DNA of 64,000 nt, from the IMG/VR virus record IMGVR_UViG_3300027770_001980, positions 1 to 64,000 of that record. One strand, written 5' to 3'. A program made the position numbers and the translations under genes. This document shows, piece after piece, positions 42,043 through 52,293 of this stretch. The notes beneath the pieces are model-generated. The model had not been told where the DNA came from. It worked only from the letters and a program-made list of their open reading frames with translations, and ran no database searches. The first letter of the stretch is position 1. Every line of letters begins with the position of its first letter.

Positions 42043-42549
42043 ATGTCAACATTACAACCTGTACAATATAAGTACACCAGCACCAAAGAATACATCGACG
42101 CATTTCCATGCGCCTATCGACAATGGAGAGCCGATAGTCATTGCAATATGAATCACGGTTATTCATTTAGTATGAAGTTTTACTTTGGAACCAACGAGTT
42201 AGATGTCCGTAATTGGGCGGCAGACTATGGAGGATTGAAGGAACTTAAAAAAATCCTCGAAGATCAATTTGATCATACTACATTGGTCGCTTACGATGAT
42301 CCAGAACTCGAGTTCTATAAAGAAATGGAACGCCGCAAGTTAGCCAAACTTACAATCCTACCAAGATTAGGTTGTGAGAGTCTGGCAGACATGCTGTACA
42401 AGTATGTAAATGGTGTTTATATTCCAGACTACTGGGGTGAAGGTGAGAGTAAGCGTCTATGGTGCTATCGCGTAGAAGTTCGCGAGACACAGGCTAATAT
42501 GGCTTTCCGTGAAGGACATCGTGAGTGGAATGAGGATCTGTTTGAATGA
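42043..42549 (+). CDS. queD: 6-carboxytetrahydropterin synthase (PTPS/QueD)
   Basis: AHRQ-like CAYRQW, SHCNMNHGYS, DYGGLK, FDHT, VEVRET. Confidence 0.85.
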   Translation: MSTLQPVQYKYTSTKEYIDAFPCAYRQWRADSHCNMNHGYSFSMKFYFGTNELDVRNWAADYGGLKELKKILEDQFDHTTLVAYDDPELEFYKEMERRKLAKLTILPRLGCESLADMLYKYVNGVYIPDYWGEGESKRLWCYRVEVRETQANMAFREGHREWNEDLFE

Positions 42550-42818
42550 ACGATAAAGAAAAAGAAGTAATGGACATTCTTCAAGAGGAATGTGCCGAAG
42601 TGATCCAAGCGGTTAGTAAATGTAGCCGCTTTGGTATCGACAATTACAAACCCGGCAAACCCTTAACCAACAGAGAGCACCTTGAAGAAGAACTCGGTGA
42701 CCTGTTGGCTATGGTTGATATCATGCTGGAACAAGGCATTGTAAGTATGGCCAAGTTAGATGAAGCCAAAGCAAATAAAAAACACAAACTCAGGAAATGG
42801 TCTACCATTTATGACTAA
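42546..42818 (+). CDS. MazG-like pyrophosphatase
   Basis: [11 protein letters not shown]...LEEELGDL. Confidence 0.75.
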   Translation: MNDKEKEVMDILQEECAEVIQAVSKCSRFGIDNYKPGKPLTNREHLEEELGDLLAMVDIMLEQGIVSMAKLDEAKANKKHKLRKWSTIYD

Positions 42819-43740
42819 AAAAGTATTAGTAACAGGTGGGGCTGGTTTCTTAGGAAGCCATCTTTGTGATAGATTAGTAGCACAGGGTCATCATGTTCTA
42901 TGTGTTGACAACTACTTTACGGGTAGTAAGAAAAACATTGAACATCTGTTGGATCATAAGAACTTCGAAGTGATCCGACAAGACATTTGTATTCCACTAT
43001 ATGTCGAAGTAGATGAGATTTACAATCTCGCTTGTCCAGCAAGTCCACAGCATTATCAGCACGATCCAATCCAAACAATGAAAACATCAGTTATTGGGGC
43101 TTTCAATATGCTGGGTTTGGCCAAACGTACCGGTGCTAAGATTCTACAGGCCAGTACAAGTGAGTGTTATGGTGATCCAACTGTGCATCCACAACCTGAA
43201 GAATATTGGGGTAACGTGAATCCTGTAGGAATACGTAGTTGTTACGATGAAGGTAAACGTGCTGCTGAAACATTGTTTATGGACTATCACCGTAAACATA
43301 ATGTCGATACTCGAATCATGCGTATCTTCAATACCTACGGTCCGAGGATGGCAGAAGGTGACGGCCGAGTAGTCAGTAACTTCATTGTGCAGGCTCTGCG
43401 TGGTGAAGATATCACCATTTACGGTGACGGAAGTCAAACTCGCAGTTTCTGTTACTATGAAGATAACTTAGATGGTATGATGGCGCTAATGGCGAGTGAT
43501 TATCATGACCCAGTTAACATCGGCAATCCTGATGAGTTTACCATAAAAGAACTGGCCGAAGCTGTAGTTTATATGATCAAAAGCCCCAGTAAAATCATAT
43601 ATTTGCCCTTGCCACAGGATGATCCAAAACAAAGAAAACCCGATATCGCCAGAGCGAAAGAGATTTTAAATTGGGAACCCTCGGTACTGTTAGCAATTGG
43701 ATTGGATAAAACGATTGACTATTTCCGTGAAATCGTGTAA
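42811..43740 (+). CDS. UDP-glucuronate decarboxylase-like NAD-dependent epimerase/dehydratase
   Basis: [50 protein letters not shown]. Confidence 0.92.
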   Translation: MTKKVLVTGGAGFLGSHLCDRLVAQGHHVLCVDNYFTGSKKNIEHLLDHKNFEVIRQDICIPLYVEVDEIYNLACPASPQHYQHDPIQTMKTSVIGAFNMLGLAKRTGAKILQASTSECYGDPTVHPQPEEYWGNVNPVGIRSCYDEGKRAAETLFMDYHRKHNVDTRIMRIFNTYGPRMAEGDGRVVSNFIVQALRGEDITIYGDGSQTRSFCYYEDNLDGMMALMASDYHDPVNIGNPDEFTIKELAEAVVYMIKSPSKIIYLPLPQDDPKQRKPDIARAKEILNWEPSVLLAIGLDKTIDYFREIV

Positions 43741-43749
43741 AATAATACT

Positions 43750-43866
43750 ATGAACTATACTATTCGCTGGCAACAATTTTATCACAATTGGCAACCTATT
43801 GAGTTACCGATTACTGATTTTACTGAAGCATTGGCGGTTATTAACATGATTAAGGCAAAGAAATGA
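43750..43866 (+). CDS. hypothetical 38-aa protein
   Basis: MNYTIRWQQFYHNWQPIELP... Confidence 0.45.
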   Translation: MNYTIRWQQFYHNWQPIELPITDFTEALAVINMIKAKK

Positions 43867-44042
43867 CAACTACAGCAACATCCTGGACAGTTACATTAGA
43901 AGAAGCAGACGACGGTAGCGGCGACCTTGTCATGCCATTGCCCGAAGAGTTCTTAGCCATGCAAGGATGGAAAGAAGGCGATACGCTGGATTGGCAAGAT
44001 AACGAAGACGGTTCATGGACTCTATCGAAAGTTGAAAAATGA
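43863..44042 (+). CDS. AbrB/MazE-like small protein
   Basis: GDLVMPLPEE...GWKEGDTLDW. Confidence 0.6.
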   Translation: MTTTATSWTVTLEEADDGSGDLVMPLPEEFLAMQGWKEGDTLDWQDNEDGSWTLSKVEK

Positions 44043-44082
44043 CTAATTCCACCGAGATGTGATCATTCCTTTTTTCCAACCT

Positions 44083-44841
44083 TTAAAGAATTTTATTTTT
44101 ACATTGGTTACCGTGCCATCTTTTATACATAGACGGACTTGCTAGTTTGTTACAGTGTCCGCATTTAATCTTAGGAATATTTTTCAATTTTTGTTTATGT
44201 TCTTCGGATAATTTTTTACCTTTTAATTTTTCTGATATTGCTTTCTTATGATCTTCTGATTTTAATATCCCCTTATTGTAAGAATGCCCGGCATTTTTAT
44301 TAGATATTAATTTTTTAGATTCGTCTGAATGAGTCTTTCCAAACATAAAATTATTTTCACCCGAATTAGATTTAGAAATTTTTTGTTTATGGGCATCTGT
44401 TAACACTTTTCCAGAATTCCATGGTTGTTTTCCTAAGTGAGCATTAGACATTCTTTGTCTAGACTCAAGTGAATGAAATTTTCCATACATTGGATTCCCT
44501 GATCTGGACATAGCCATAGACTGTTCGTTTGCAAATATTTTCCTCGAGTTCTCATACAACTTTGATCTATATCTATTTTGATAAGGATTGTTAAGATTTG
44601 ATAGCGCATTGAGCGCAAAAATCATCGATCTTTTATTTTTTCCAAAAGTAATTTTAGTTAATAATAGATGGCAAATAAAATGTTCTTTGGCAGTTAGGTC
44701 TACTAAATTTTCTTTATTGTTTGACCCTCCCATTGACCTTGGAATAATATGATGTGATTCAACATATCCGTCGATAACTCTTGACTTTGCCCTATATATG
44801 ATGTTATAATAATATTTGAAATACTTATTTTCGACGAACAT
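44083..44841 (-). CDS. HNH homing endonuclease with NUMOD3 repeats
   Basis: ESHHIIPRSMGG.N...NLVDLTAKEHFICH; GKTHSDESKK repeats. Confidence 0.9.
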   Translation of the reverse strand: MFVENKYFKYYYNIIYRAKSRVIDGYVESHHIIPRSMGGSNNKENLVDLTAKEHFICHLLLTKITFGKNKRSMIFALNALSNLNNPYQNRYRSKLYENSRKIFANEQSMAMSRSGNPMYGKFHSLESRQRMSNAHLGKQPWNSGKVLTDAHKQKISKSNSGENNFMFGKTHSDESKKLISNKNAGHSYNKGILKSEDHKKAISEKLKGKKLSEEHKQKLKNIPKIKCGHCNKLASPSMYKRWHGNQCKNKIL

Positions 44842-45914
44842 TGCAATCTCCCTGTGTGTTTATTTATACTAACGAAGTCCTACTTGTTTACAAAATGACA
44901 ATCAAAAAAATTGGGTTTGCTTGCAAAATTTCAGAATTTAATTCTAAAAATGAAGTAGTATCTATCCCAGAATATAATTCTAGAAGCACTACAGTCTCTT
45001 GGTTAAATAGACAGAGTAAAGATGTTGCTGAAACAAAATTGTGGGAATTAATGGAACACAATATTGAAGCGGCTAAAAAGGCGGTAGAATATGTTGGAAA
45101 TTTGGAAAAAAGTCTTAGGTGTTTTCGCCTTAGTAGCGATATGCTGCCTGTTTATACCCAGTCTGATTGGAGTTATTTCTGGCGTAGGAATGATGTTCGC
45201 GACTATTGTGATCGCAATCTTCTCGTTGTTGGGGATAGTGCTCGTAGCAATAATGTACGCCTTAGCTTTCATCCTGGGCAGTTCACTGTTCTTGCTTCTA
45301 TTAATCCCGGTATTGTTGACAGGTCTATAGATGAGTTCGAATATCACGCCGATCTCGCCCGCTGGATGGGTTTTGGAAAATCGTTCCAAGATTTCAAAAT
45401 CAACGTCCACATATCGGGTAAAGAAGGCCCTGATGGTATCCGCCGCGCCTACAACCGACTTAGCACCGAAGCCCGTAATTGTATTACGATTGAAAACGAA
45501 GAGAACGCATGGGGATTAAATGATTGTCTTACACTTACTGATATCTTACCTATCGTCCTTGATGTCCATCATCATTGGATCAACTCGGGAGAATATATTT
45601 CCCCTAATGACCCGCGTGTTCAACAAGTTATTAATAGTTGGAGGGGTGTTCGCCCTACTATGCATTACAGTGTTAGCCGCGAAGATATACTCCCAGGCTT
45701 TTCCACTGTTGATCGCCCAGAGTTGGAGTTATTGCTAGAAGATGGATACAAAAAGCAGAAACTCAGAGCACATTCTGATTTCTACTGGAATACAGCAGTG
45801 AACGAATGGGCACTGAGCTTTTTGGATCGATTCGACATCATGGCAGAGAGTAAAGGCAAGAATTTAGCCAGCTTCGCATTGCACGAGCAGGCTAAACAAT
45901 TAGGCCTTCTGTGA
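44841..45914 (-). CDS. uvsE: UV-damage endonuclease
   Basis: IGFACK, FRLSSD, RLSFHPGQF, TIENEE, LDVHHH, MHYS, HSD. Confidence 0.9.
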
Positions 45915-46253
45915 TTTAGTTTTCTTTTCAGCTTTAACAACTGTTAATTTAGGAGCCTTGGCTTTTGCCGGGGCTTTTTCTTTAACAGGTTTTTCCGCAA
46001 CTACTGCTACCTTAGGGGTACGTGGTTTACGTGGCTTCTTGGCAGGTTCCGCAACAACTTCAGGAGCAGTAACTGCTGGTGGAATAAATTCCAATGTAGT
46101 CATTCCCTGAGTTGGAGGAACATCATATGCATGAGACACTGGTGGTTCAACTTTATATGGTGCAGCAGGTGTAGTCACTGCATCTAATGGATGAGCAAAA
46201 TTACGTTCACTTGCGGGTTTACCTACGAAAAACTCTTTGATTTTTTTAAACAT
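45900..46253 (-). CDS. K/A/P-rich histone-like protein
   Basis: PAKKPRKPR...KAPAKAKAPK tail. Confidence 0.55.
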   Translation of the reverse strand: MFKKIKEFFVGKPASERNFAHPLDAVTTPAAPYKVEPPVSHAYDVPPTQGMTTLEFIPPAVTAPEVVAEPAKKPRKPRTPKVAVVAEKPVKEKAPAKAKAPKLTVVKAEKKTKSQKA

Positions 46254-46326
46254 GATTCATTTCCTTTAAGAATTAAATGTTACTATTATTTACCTCGGCT
46301 AAATATCTGACAATAAAAATATATAT

Positions 46327-46536
46327 ATGATTGATCAAAATGACGAGGAAGTACACGATTATGATGACGAATTTGGACCCGGAGACTTTGGTTTTGTGAT
46401 AGGACCAGATGGGGAATTAAAAAGTATGATGATTCCAGAGGATTTAATGGAAGATCCTCCAAAAAATATCAAAAGAATAATGAAAATATTTGGTATACGT
46501 GATCTTCAAGAGGTCACAATTAAAACTCTGCACTAA
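46327..46536 (+). CDS. hypothetical acidic protein
   Basis: ORF after TAAATA. Confidence 0.6.
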   Translation: MIDQNDEEVHDYDDEFGPGDFGFVIGPDGELKSMMIPEDLMEDPPKNIKRIMKIFGIRDLQEVTIKTLH

Positions 46537-46602
46537 TTTCAAGTTAATATTTAAGTACCTAAATTAATAAATAAGGTATAGATTAACTATGGACACCAAA
46601 TT

Positions 46603-49551
46603 ATGACCGTAAGAGCACCCCTATCAGAAGTTTTAGCAGACCCAGGGCTAACCAATCCCACATTAGCAGACACACTTTTTATAGTCGCTCAGGGTGGGGT
46701 AGAGCAAAAACTTACTGCGACTCGTGCAGGTTTATTGTTGAGTAACACCGGTTATGTAGGAAGTCGAGGATATACTGGATTTACTGGCAGTTATGGATAT
46801 ACTGGAAGTCGAGGATATACTGGAAGTACCGGTTATGTAGGAAGTCGAGGATATGCCGGAAGTTATGGATATACTGGAAGTTATGGATACACTGGTTCAA
46901 GAAGTACAGCAACCGGATATACTGGTAGTTATGGTTATTCGGGTAGTAGGGGATTCAGTTATGCGGGTAGTAGAGGAATAACCGGATATGCCGGTAGTAA
47001 AGGTGATCAAGGACCTCCAGGAAATAGCGTTCCAAATCCATACTCTAATACAACAACAAATATTGCCGGAGGAATAGCTGGAAATATACCTATACAACGA
47101 GCTACCAGTTCAACAGCATTTATATCAACTGGCTCTATAGGCAGTTTATTACAATATCAGGCAGGAAATACTGCCACCTGGGTTAGTACTTCTACTCTTA
47201 AAGTAGGAATTTCCGGAAAAAGTGATCAAATTTACGTAACAAGTCTTCCGGCTTCAGGAAGAACCGGAGATCAATACCTAATGCTATCGAATGGTGTTAG
47301 TGACTATTATGGGGCTGGAATACAATCAGACATAACATATAATGTTACTAATAAGGTATTAACTGTTCCATACGTATCTATAACAAGCACAGACGAATCA
47401 TTGTCAACTATTACCGGTGCATTACAAGTTGTCGGCGGTGTTGGTATAGGTGGTTCTATAAATGTATTCAATACTGCTACAATATTTAATAATACCCCGT
47501 CTATATCTACAGTAACAGGTGCATTGATCGTAACAGGCGGGGGCGGGATCGGAGGTGATTTGTGGGTTGGTGGAATAATCCATGGGACAATATCAGGAAG
47601 TATTTCTTCAGCAAACGATATTAATGGAGGAACCGCTGGACGATTATTATATCAAAGAGCAGTCAATGATACCGACTTTCTAAGTGCTGGAAACAGTGGA
47701 CAAATATTAATTAGTGCAGGAGCATCGGCAAATGGGCCGACATGGACAAATACATCAAGCCTAAGAGTAGGATATGCTACAAATATCATAGGTGGTAGAG
47801 CAGGATATATGCCTTATCAATCCGCAGTTGATGCAACACGATTCCTTGCTATAGGTACAGCAGGATATGTATTAACTGTTAATGCTGCTGGAACCGCTCC
47901 GGAGTGGGCCGAAAATACAGGTGGCGGTGGCGGTAGTGTAAATGTTGATACTGCTAACAATTTAGCAGGTGGACTTTCTGGCGTTATACCTTACCAACAA
48001 CTTGCAGGCTTGACAGGATTTACAGCACAAGGAAATATCGGTGATGTATTAACCAGTGGAGGTACTGGTGAGCCAACTTGGGCCGCTGCCAATAGTGTAA
48101 TAACCGACTTCCAGGGCGGGGCAGCAGGTAGTTTAATTTACCAATCGGCAACTGATAACACGGCATTTTTAGATATCGGAACAGCGGATCAGGTATTGGT
48201 TGTGAATGCAGGTGCAACTGCGCCTCAATGGAAAACATTAACAAGTTTAAATGCCGATTATGCAGGAACTGCTACAAATATAAAAAATGGATCAGCAAGT
48301 CAGATTCCTTACCAGGTAAGTGCAGGCTTAACTGCATTCTTTGGTCCAGGTACCAAAGGACAATTATTAGTTAGTGCTGGTACTACTTCAACTGGTCCTG
48401 TATTTACAAATACGGCCAGTATTATAGTCGGCTATTCTTCAAATATTGTAAATGGAACCATTGGGCAATTATTATATCAATCCAGCACCAGTACTACTGG
48501 TTTCGTTGGACCCGGCACCACAGGACAGCTTTTAGTTAGTCAGGGATCAGCTGCACCACAATATAAAGGTGCATCAACTATAACAGTTGGATACGCAAGT
48601 AATTTAGCAGGCGGTGGTGTAGGACAAATACCTTATCAAAATGGAGTTGGAAGTACAAGATTCACCAACACCGGTACGACCGGGCAAATTCTAATGAGTG
48701 ACGGAGTAAATGGCCCTTATTGGATCAATACCTCAACTTTAAAGTCCAATAGTACCAATTATGCTGATATTGCTGGTTCTCTTACCAATTCGTTAACAAT
48801 CGGTACAGGGTTATCAGGAAGTACAAGCAGTACATATAATGGATCTGCTGCAATTACAATTACCAATGCCGGTGTTACCAGTAATGTAGCAGGTACCGGC
48901 ATTGGAGTAAATAGTTCAACCGGTGCTGTTACTATTACAAACAATGGTGTTACCAGTATAATAGCAGGTACCGCTATTGGGGTAGATAGTTCAACAGGTG
49001 CGGTCACAATTACAAACAATGGTGTAACCAGTGCAGTAGCAGGTACTGGAGTTGGTGTATCAGGATCGACCGGTGCGGTTACATTCAGCATTGGGCAAGC
49101 AGTCGGTACTGGAGATAACGTACAATTTAATAGTTTAGGTGTTGGAACAGCAGGAAGCGGCACCACTGGTGAGATACGTGCTACTAATGAAATTACAGCT
49201 TACTATTCAGACCGTAGACTCAAAGAAAATGTTAAAGTTATTAATAACGCAGTTGAAAAAGTATTAAAATTAAACGGCATTACCTATACACCAAACGATC
49301 TTGCCGAATCATATGGATATGATAAAACTAAAAAATTAGTTGGACTATTTGCCGATGAAGTTGAAGCAGTTTTACCAGAAGCAACACGCCCTGCACCATT
49401 TGATACTGATGAGAATGGAAATAGTAAATCTGGTGAAAATTATAAAACTATTCAATATGAAAAACTTGTTCCATTGTTAATTGAGGCAATAAAAGAATTG
49501 TCCAACGAAATTAATAATTTAAAAAATAAAGCCGGTAATCGTATCCTATAA
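46603..49551 (+). CDS. tail fibre with collagen-like repeats and C-terminal intramolecular chaperone
   Basis: GY(T/A)GS triplet repeats, repeated GG.AG.IPYQ units, YYSDRRLKEN (S74-like) and coiled-coil end. Confidence 0.85.
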   Translation: MTVRAPLSEVLADPGLTNPTLADTLFIVAQGGVEQKLTATRAGLLLSNTGYVGSRGYTGFTGSYGYTGSRGYTGSTGYVGSRGYAGSYGYTGSYGYTGSRSTATGYTGSYGYSGSRGFSYAGSRGITGYAGSKGDQGPPGNSVPNPYSNTTTNIAGGIAGNIPIQRATSSTAFISTGSIGSLLQYQAGNTATWVSTSTLKVGISGKSDQIYVTSLPASGRTGDQYLMLSNGVSDYYGAGIQSDITYNVTNKVLTVPYVSITSTDESLSTITGALQVVGGVGIGGSINVFNTATIFNNTPSISTVTGALIVTGGGGIGGDLWVGGIIHGTISGSISSANDINGGTAGRLLYQRAVNDTDFLSAGNSGQILISAGASANGPTWTNTSSLRVGYATNIIGGRAGYMPYQSAVDATRFLAIGTAGYVLTVNAAGTAPEWAENTGGGGGSVNVDTANNLAGGLSGVIPYQQLAGLTGFTAQGNIGDVLTSGGTGEPTWAAANSVITDFQGGAAGSLIYQSATDNTAFLDIGTADQVLVVNAGATAPQWKTLTSLNADYAGTATNIKNGSASQIPYQVSAGLTAFFGPGTKGQLLVSAGTTSTGPVFTNTASIIVGYSSNIVNGTIGQLLYQSSTSTTGFVGPGTTGQLLVSQGSAAPQYKGASTITVGYASNLAGGGVGQIPYQNGVGSTRFTNTGTTGQILMSDGVNGPYWINTSTLKSNSTNYADIAGSLTNSLTIGTGLSGSTSSTYNGSAAITITNAGVTSNVAGTGIGVNSSTGAVTITNNGVTSIIAGTAIGVDSSTGAVTITNNGVTSAVAGTGVGVSGSTGAVTFSIGQAVGTGDNVQFNSLGVGTAGSGTTGEIRATNEITAYYSDRRLKENVKVINNAVEKVLKLNGITYTPNDLAESYGYDKTKKLVGLFADEVEAVLPEATRPAPFDTDENGNSKSGENYKTIQYEKLVPLLIEAIKELSNEINNLKNKAGNRIL
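46747..47020 (+). repeat. coding tandem repeats (GYTGS/GSRGY)
   Basis: 9/18-bp units such as GGATATACTGGAAGT. Confidence 0.8.
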
Positions 49552-49577
49552 ATAATATAAACAACCGGAGTTAAACC

Positions 49578-49910
49578 GTGTCAAGCACAATAACAAATTA
49601 TAGTAATTTAATCGATGTAAATTTTCCTGTACCAGGGGCAGATAATGATACTCAAGGATTTAGGACCAATTTTATTGAGATCCAAGAAGCATTAAAAGTT
49701 GCCAGTAACGAGATAACTGCTCTACAATTGGCTAATAGTAATCCTTCTAACGTCAAGCTGAATAGTTATTCAGCAACAGAACTTAGTAATTTAGGAACCA
49801 ACCTCGATGATGGTACTATGGTGTTTTTAGCCAGTGGGTATAATAGACCCGCATATTTCCATTCCGGTACATGGTATATAACTACCGGAACTGCTATTTC
49901 TCTTACATAA
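49578..49910 (+). CDS. hypothetical virion-associated protein
   Basis: FPVPGADNDTQGFRTNF; TATAAATA upstream. Confidence 0.6.
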   Translation: MSSTITNYSNLIDVNFPVPGADNDTQGFRTNFIEIQEALKVASNEITALQLANSNPSNVKLNSYSATELSNLGTNLDDGTMVFLASGYNRPAYFHSGTWYITTGTAISLT

Positions 49911-50156
49911 ATGTTTCATCCATTGCTTCCGGATTTGTCAACATTAAAAGACGAAGACGTAGACAAAAAAATAACCGAATTAATGCAGAAATATTTCCAA
50001 GCATCGAGATCCGGACAGAGCGGTGTGATGCAACAAATCTCCGTTATTTTGGAATCTTATAAAAACGAACAATATGCCAGGCAAAAAAGAGCCAGCGAGA
50101 AATTGATGCAGAATAGAAATCAAGATCTGGACAGTTTTATCAATGTAGATCGTTGA
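49911..50156 (+). CDS. hypothetical protein
   Basis: ORF. Confidence 0.65.
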   Translation: MFHPLLPDLSTLKDEDVDKKITELMQKYFQASRSGQSGVMQQISVILESYKNEQYARQKRASEKLMQNRNQDLDSFINVDR

Positions 50157-50187
50157 CATCTTAGAAAAGATAGTATAAACTACTAAG

Positions 50188-50706
50188 ATGAATATTGATA
50201 AATTTGGTGCTGTATTTGTGTCTGCTGAGGAAATGTTTGATAGCATTTATTCAGGTAAGATCAAAACATTCGATAATATCTACTTAGATAAAACAACCGT
50301 AAATCAATTTAATTCGGCAAAAAATACCAACAGAGATAAATTTGATTCTTTCAAAGAACAAGATCCTAATGATATATCGTTAGAGAAATTTGATACCAAT
50401 TTACAAAACAATTGGTTTATGCCCGAGAAATATAAGAGTTTTGATATCAAAGGGTGGTGTTTAGATTGCTGTACAACACCTACACAAATTGCCCGGGTAA
50501 ATGAAGAATTAGAATTATTTGCCCAATATGATATGATCGACCTGTTGTGTTATCTTAAATACTTGGTAGATACAATGAGAGAGCACAATATAGTATGGGG
50601 AGTAGGTCGTGGTAGTAGCGTAGCCAGTTATTGCTTATACTTGTTAGGTGTTCATAAAATAGACAGTATTAAATACGATCTCGATATTCGAGAATTCTTA
50701 AAATAA
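50188..50706 (+). CDS. stand-alone fragment of DNA polymerase III alpha (DnaE)
   Basis: RVNEELELF...LVDTMRE...GVGRGSSVASYCLYLLGVH.ID. Confidence 0.8.
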   Translation: MNIDKFGAVFVSAEEMFDSIYSGKIKTFDNIYLDKTTVNQFNSAKNTNRDKFDSFKEQDPNDISLEKFDTNLQNNWFMPEKYKSFDIKGWCLDCCTTPTQIARVNEELELFAQYDMIDLLCYLKYLVDTMREHNIVWGVGRGSSVASYCLYLLGVHKIDSIKYDLDIREFLK

Positions 50707-50716
50707 GGAGAATTAA

Positions 50717-51019
50717 ATGGGAATTATACATAGAACCATGCAAGGAAAAGTAGTTGACATGGAAAAATTAATGAGCCAACATGAGCTCATGCCAGCCATC
50801 GGTAACGTAAAAGTAAATGCCAGAGGCGACGAATTAGGACCCGGCGGTAAAATTATTAAAAAGCGCGAGGATATCATGGCCGAATATTACGAAAGTAATC
50901 CTAAAGCCGTTCCTGAAAACTCTCGCCCTGTACAGGCAAAACCTCCAAGAGAAGCTCCTGTACAACAAGAGGCAGTGACTCCTACCAGAAAAACAAAGGC
51001 CAATACTGATGAAAGTTAA
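50717..51019 (+). CDS. hypothetical protein
   Basis: RTMQGKVVDME...VNARGDELGPGG. Confidence 0.7.
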   Translation: MGIIHRTMQGKVVDMEKLMSQHELMPAIGNVKVNARGDELGPGGKIIKKREDIMAEYYESNPKAVPENSRPVQAKPPREAPVQQEAVTPTRKTKANTDES

Positions 51020-51347
51020 AGGTAAAATTATTCCGATACGAGATTCGGTAATTGTGTCGGATATGAATTTCGATATGGAGAGAACTACCACTGGACTTTA
51101 TATCCCAACCGACAATGGTAAAACACAAGGTATACACCCTCGATGGGGCCGTGTATGGGCTATTGGTCCTGATCAACAGGATGTTGCTATCGGTGATTGG
51201 GTTTTAGTAGAACATGGTCGATGGACAAGAACTATAGAGTTTGAAGTCGATAATGGTAATATCGTTGAACTACGTAGAGTAGATACTAATGCTATCATGG
51301 CAACTGCTGAGGAAAAACCGCAAGACTGGATGCGGTCCATAGCATAA
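51009..51347 (+). CDS. groES: GroES-like co-chaperonin
   Basis: PIRDSVIV, TTTGLYIP, GRVWAIGP, V.IGDWV. Confidence 0.75.
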   Translation: MKVKGKIIPIRDSVIVSDMNFDMERTTTGLYIPTDNGKTQGIHPRWGRVWAIGPDQQDVAIGDWVLVEHGRWTRTIEFEVDNGNIVELRRVDTNAIMATAEEKPQDWMRSIA

Positions 51348-51351
51348 AAAT

Positions 51352-51378
51352 AAAAGGGCTTATTAAGCCCTTTTTTTA
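51352..51378. terminator. bidirectional intrinsic terminator
   Basis: AAAAGGGCTT-ATT-AAGCCCTTTTTTT between convergent genes. Confidence 0.8.
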
Positions 51379-51381
51379 CGA

Positions 51382-51963
51382 TTAAACAAAATTCTTTTTA
51401 ATTAGTTCTATTATGTTGGGATCTCTCGAAGCAACTCCAAGTCCTGCAGAATGAATAAAATTTATTTTATAGGGCATTTCAAATTCATGAAAAAATCTGC
51501 CAACGTCTGCCGGAAATGCTTCAGTATCATGAAACATAACTACTGACTCATCTTTTAGAAAATCTTTCCAGGTGTTCCAATCATATGTCACTGCATCATA
51601 TGTATGAAATCCATCGATATGTAATATATCAATTTTCTTTTGCCATGTTTTTGCTACCTGATCAAAGAACCCTTTAATAAATGTAATATTATTAAATTCA
51701 TATTTGTCTTTTGTGGTATTAACATATTGGAAAGTATCCCTAATACCTGCATGATAGTCACCTTCGAAACTATCAACACCATATACATTTCCAATACCCA
51801 TTTCGGCAAGATAAAAAGTACTATGTCCAAAATCTACACCTAAATCAACTGTGATATCCGGTCTCATAGTTTTTACTAACCAGTTGGCAAAACTTCTATG
51901 ACCTAACCATGCACTCGGCCGTTCTTGAGTAATTATATCACATGCTAAATGTTTGTTTGACAT
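51382..51963 (-). CDS. class I SAM methyltransferase (Methyltransf_24-like)
   Basis: VDLGVDFG, GVDSF, LHIDG.HTY, FHD. Confidence 0.85.
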   Translation of the reverse strand: MSNKHLACDIITQERPSAWLGHRSFANWLVKTMRPDITVDLGVDFGHSTFYLAEMGIGNVYGVDSFEGDYHAGIRDTFQYVNTTKDKYEFNNITFIKGFFDQVAKTWQKKIDILHIDGFHTYDAVTYDWNTWKDFLKDESVVMFHDTEAFPADVGRFFHEFEMPYKINFIHSAGLGVASRDPNIIELIKKNFV

Positions 51964-52035
51964 AGAATCCTTTATATTGGTATATTATATTTATAAACCC
52001 GTTGACTTATAGACTAACAAATTGTATAATATAGT

Positions 52036-52239
52036 ATGAAGACAAGAGAACAAATTATTACCGGTATGTGCATGACTTACAGGCACGATTACGGTTTAGA
52101 CAAACATCCTGACGATGCTGCTTTTGTGGCAGGTATGACCGGATCTCAACGCAAAGCATTATGGAATCAAATGGCACAAATATTTGATAACGACATTTGG
52201 CCACACATGATGTTTCGATACGGGGATGACTGGCGATGA
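52036..52239 (+). CDS. hypothetical protein
   Basis: ORF after TTGACT-17-TATAAT. Confidence 0.6.
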   Translation: MKTREQIITGMCMTYRHDYGLDKHPDDAAFVAGMTGSQRKALWNQMAQIFDNDIWPHMMFRYGDDWR

Positions 52240-52293
52240 TTAACTTTTGAGATATTACATGTCTGAGTATAAATAGTATTTTAGGATACTATT

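Noticed and set aside
46747-47020. CRISPR-like repeat array
   Set aside because: The repeats are in-frame collagen-like coding units without unique spacers. No CRISPR array was seen anywhere in the window.
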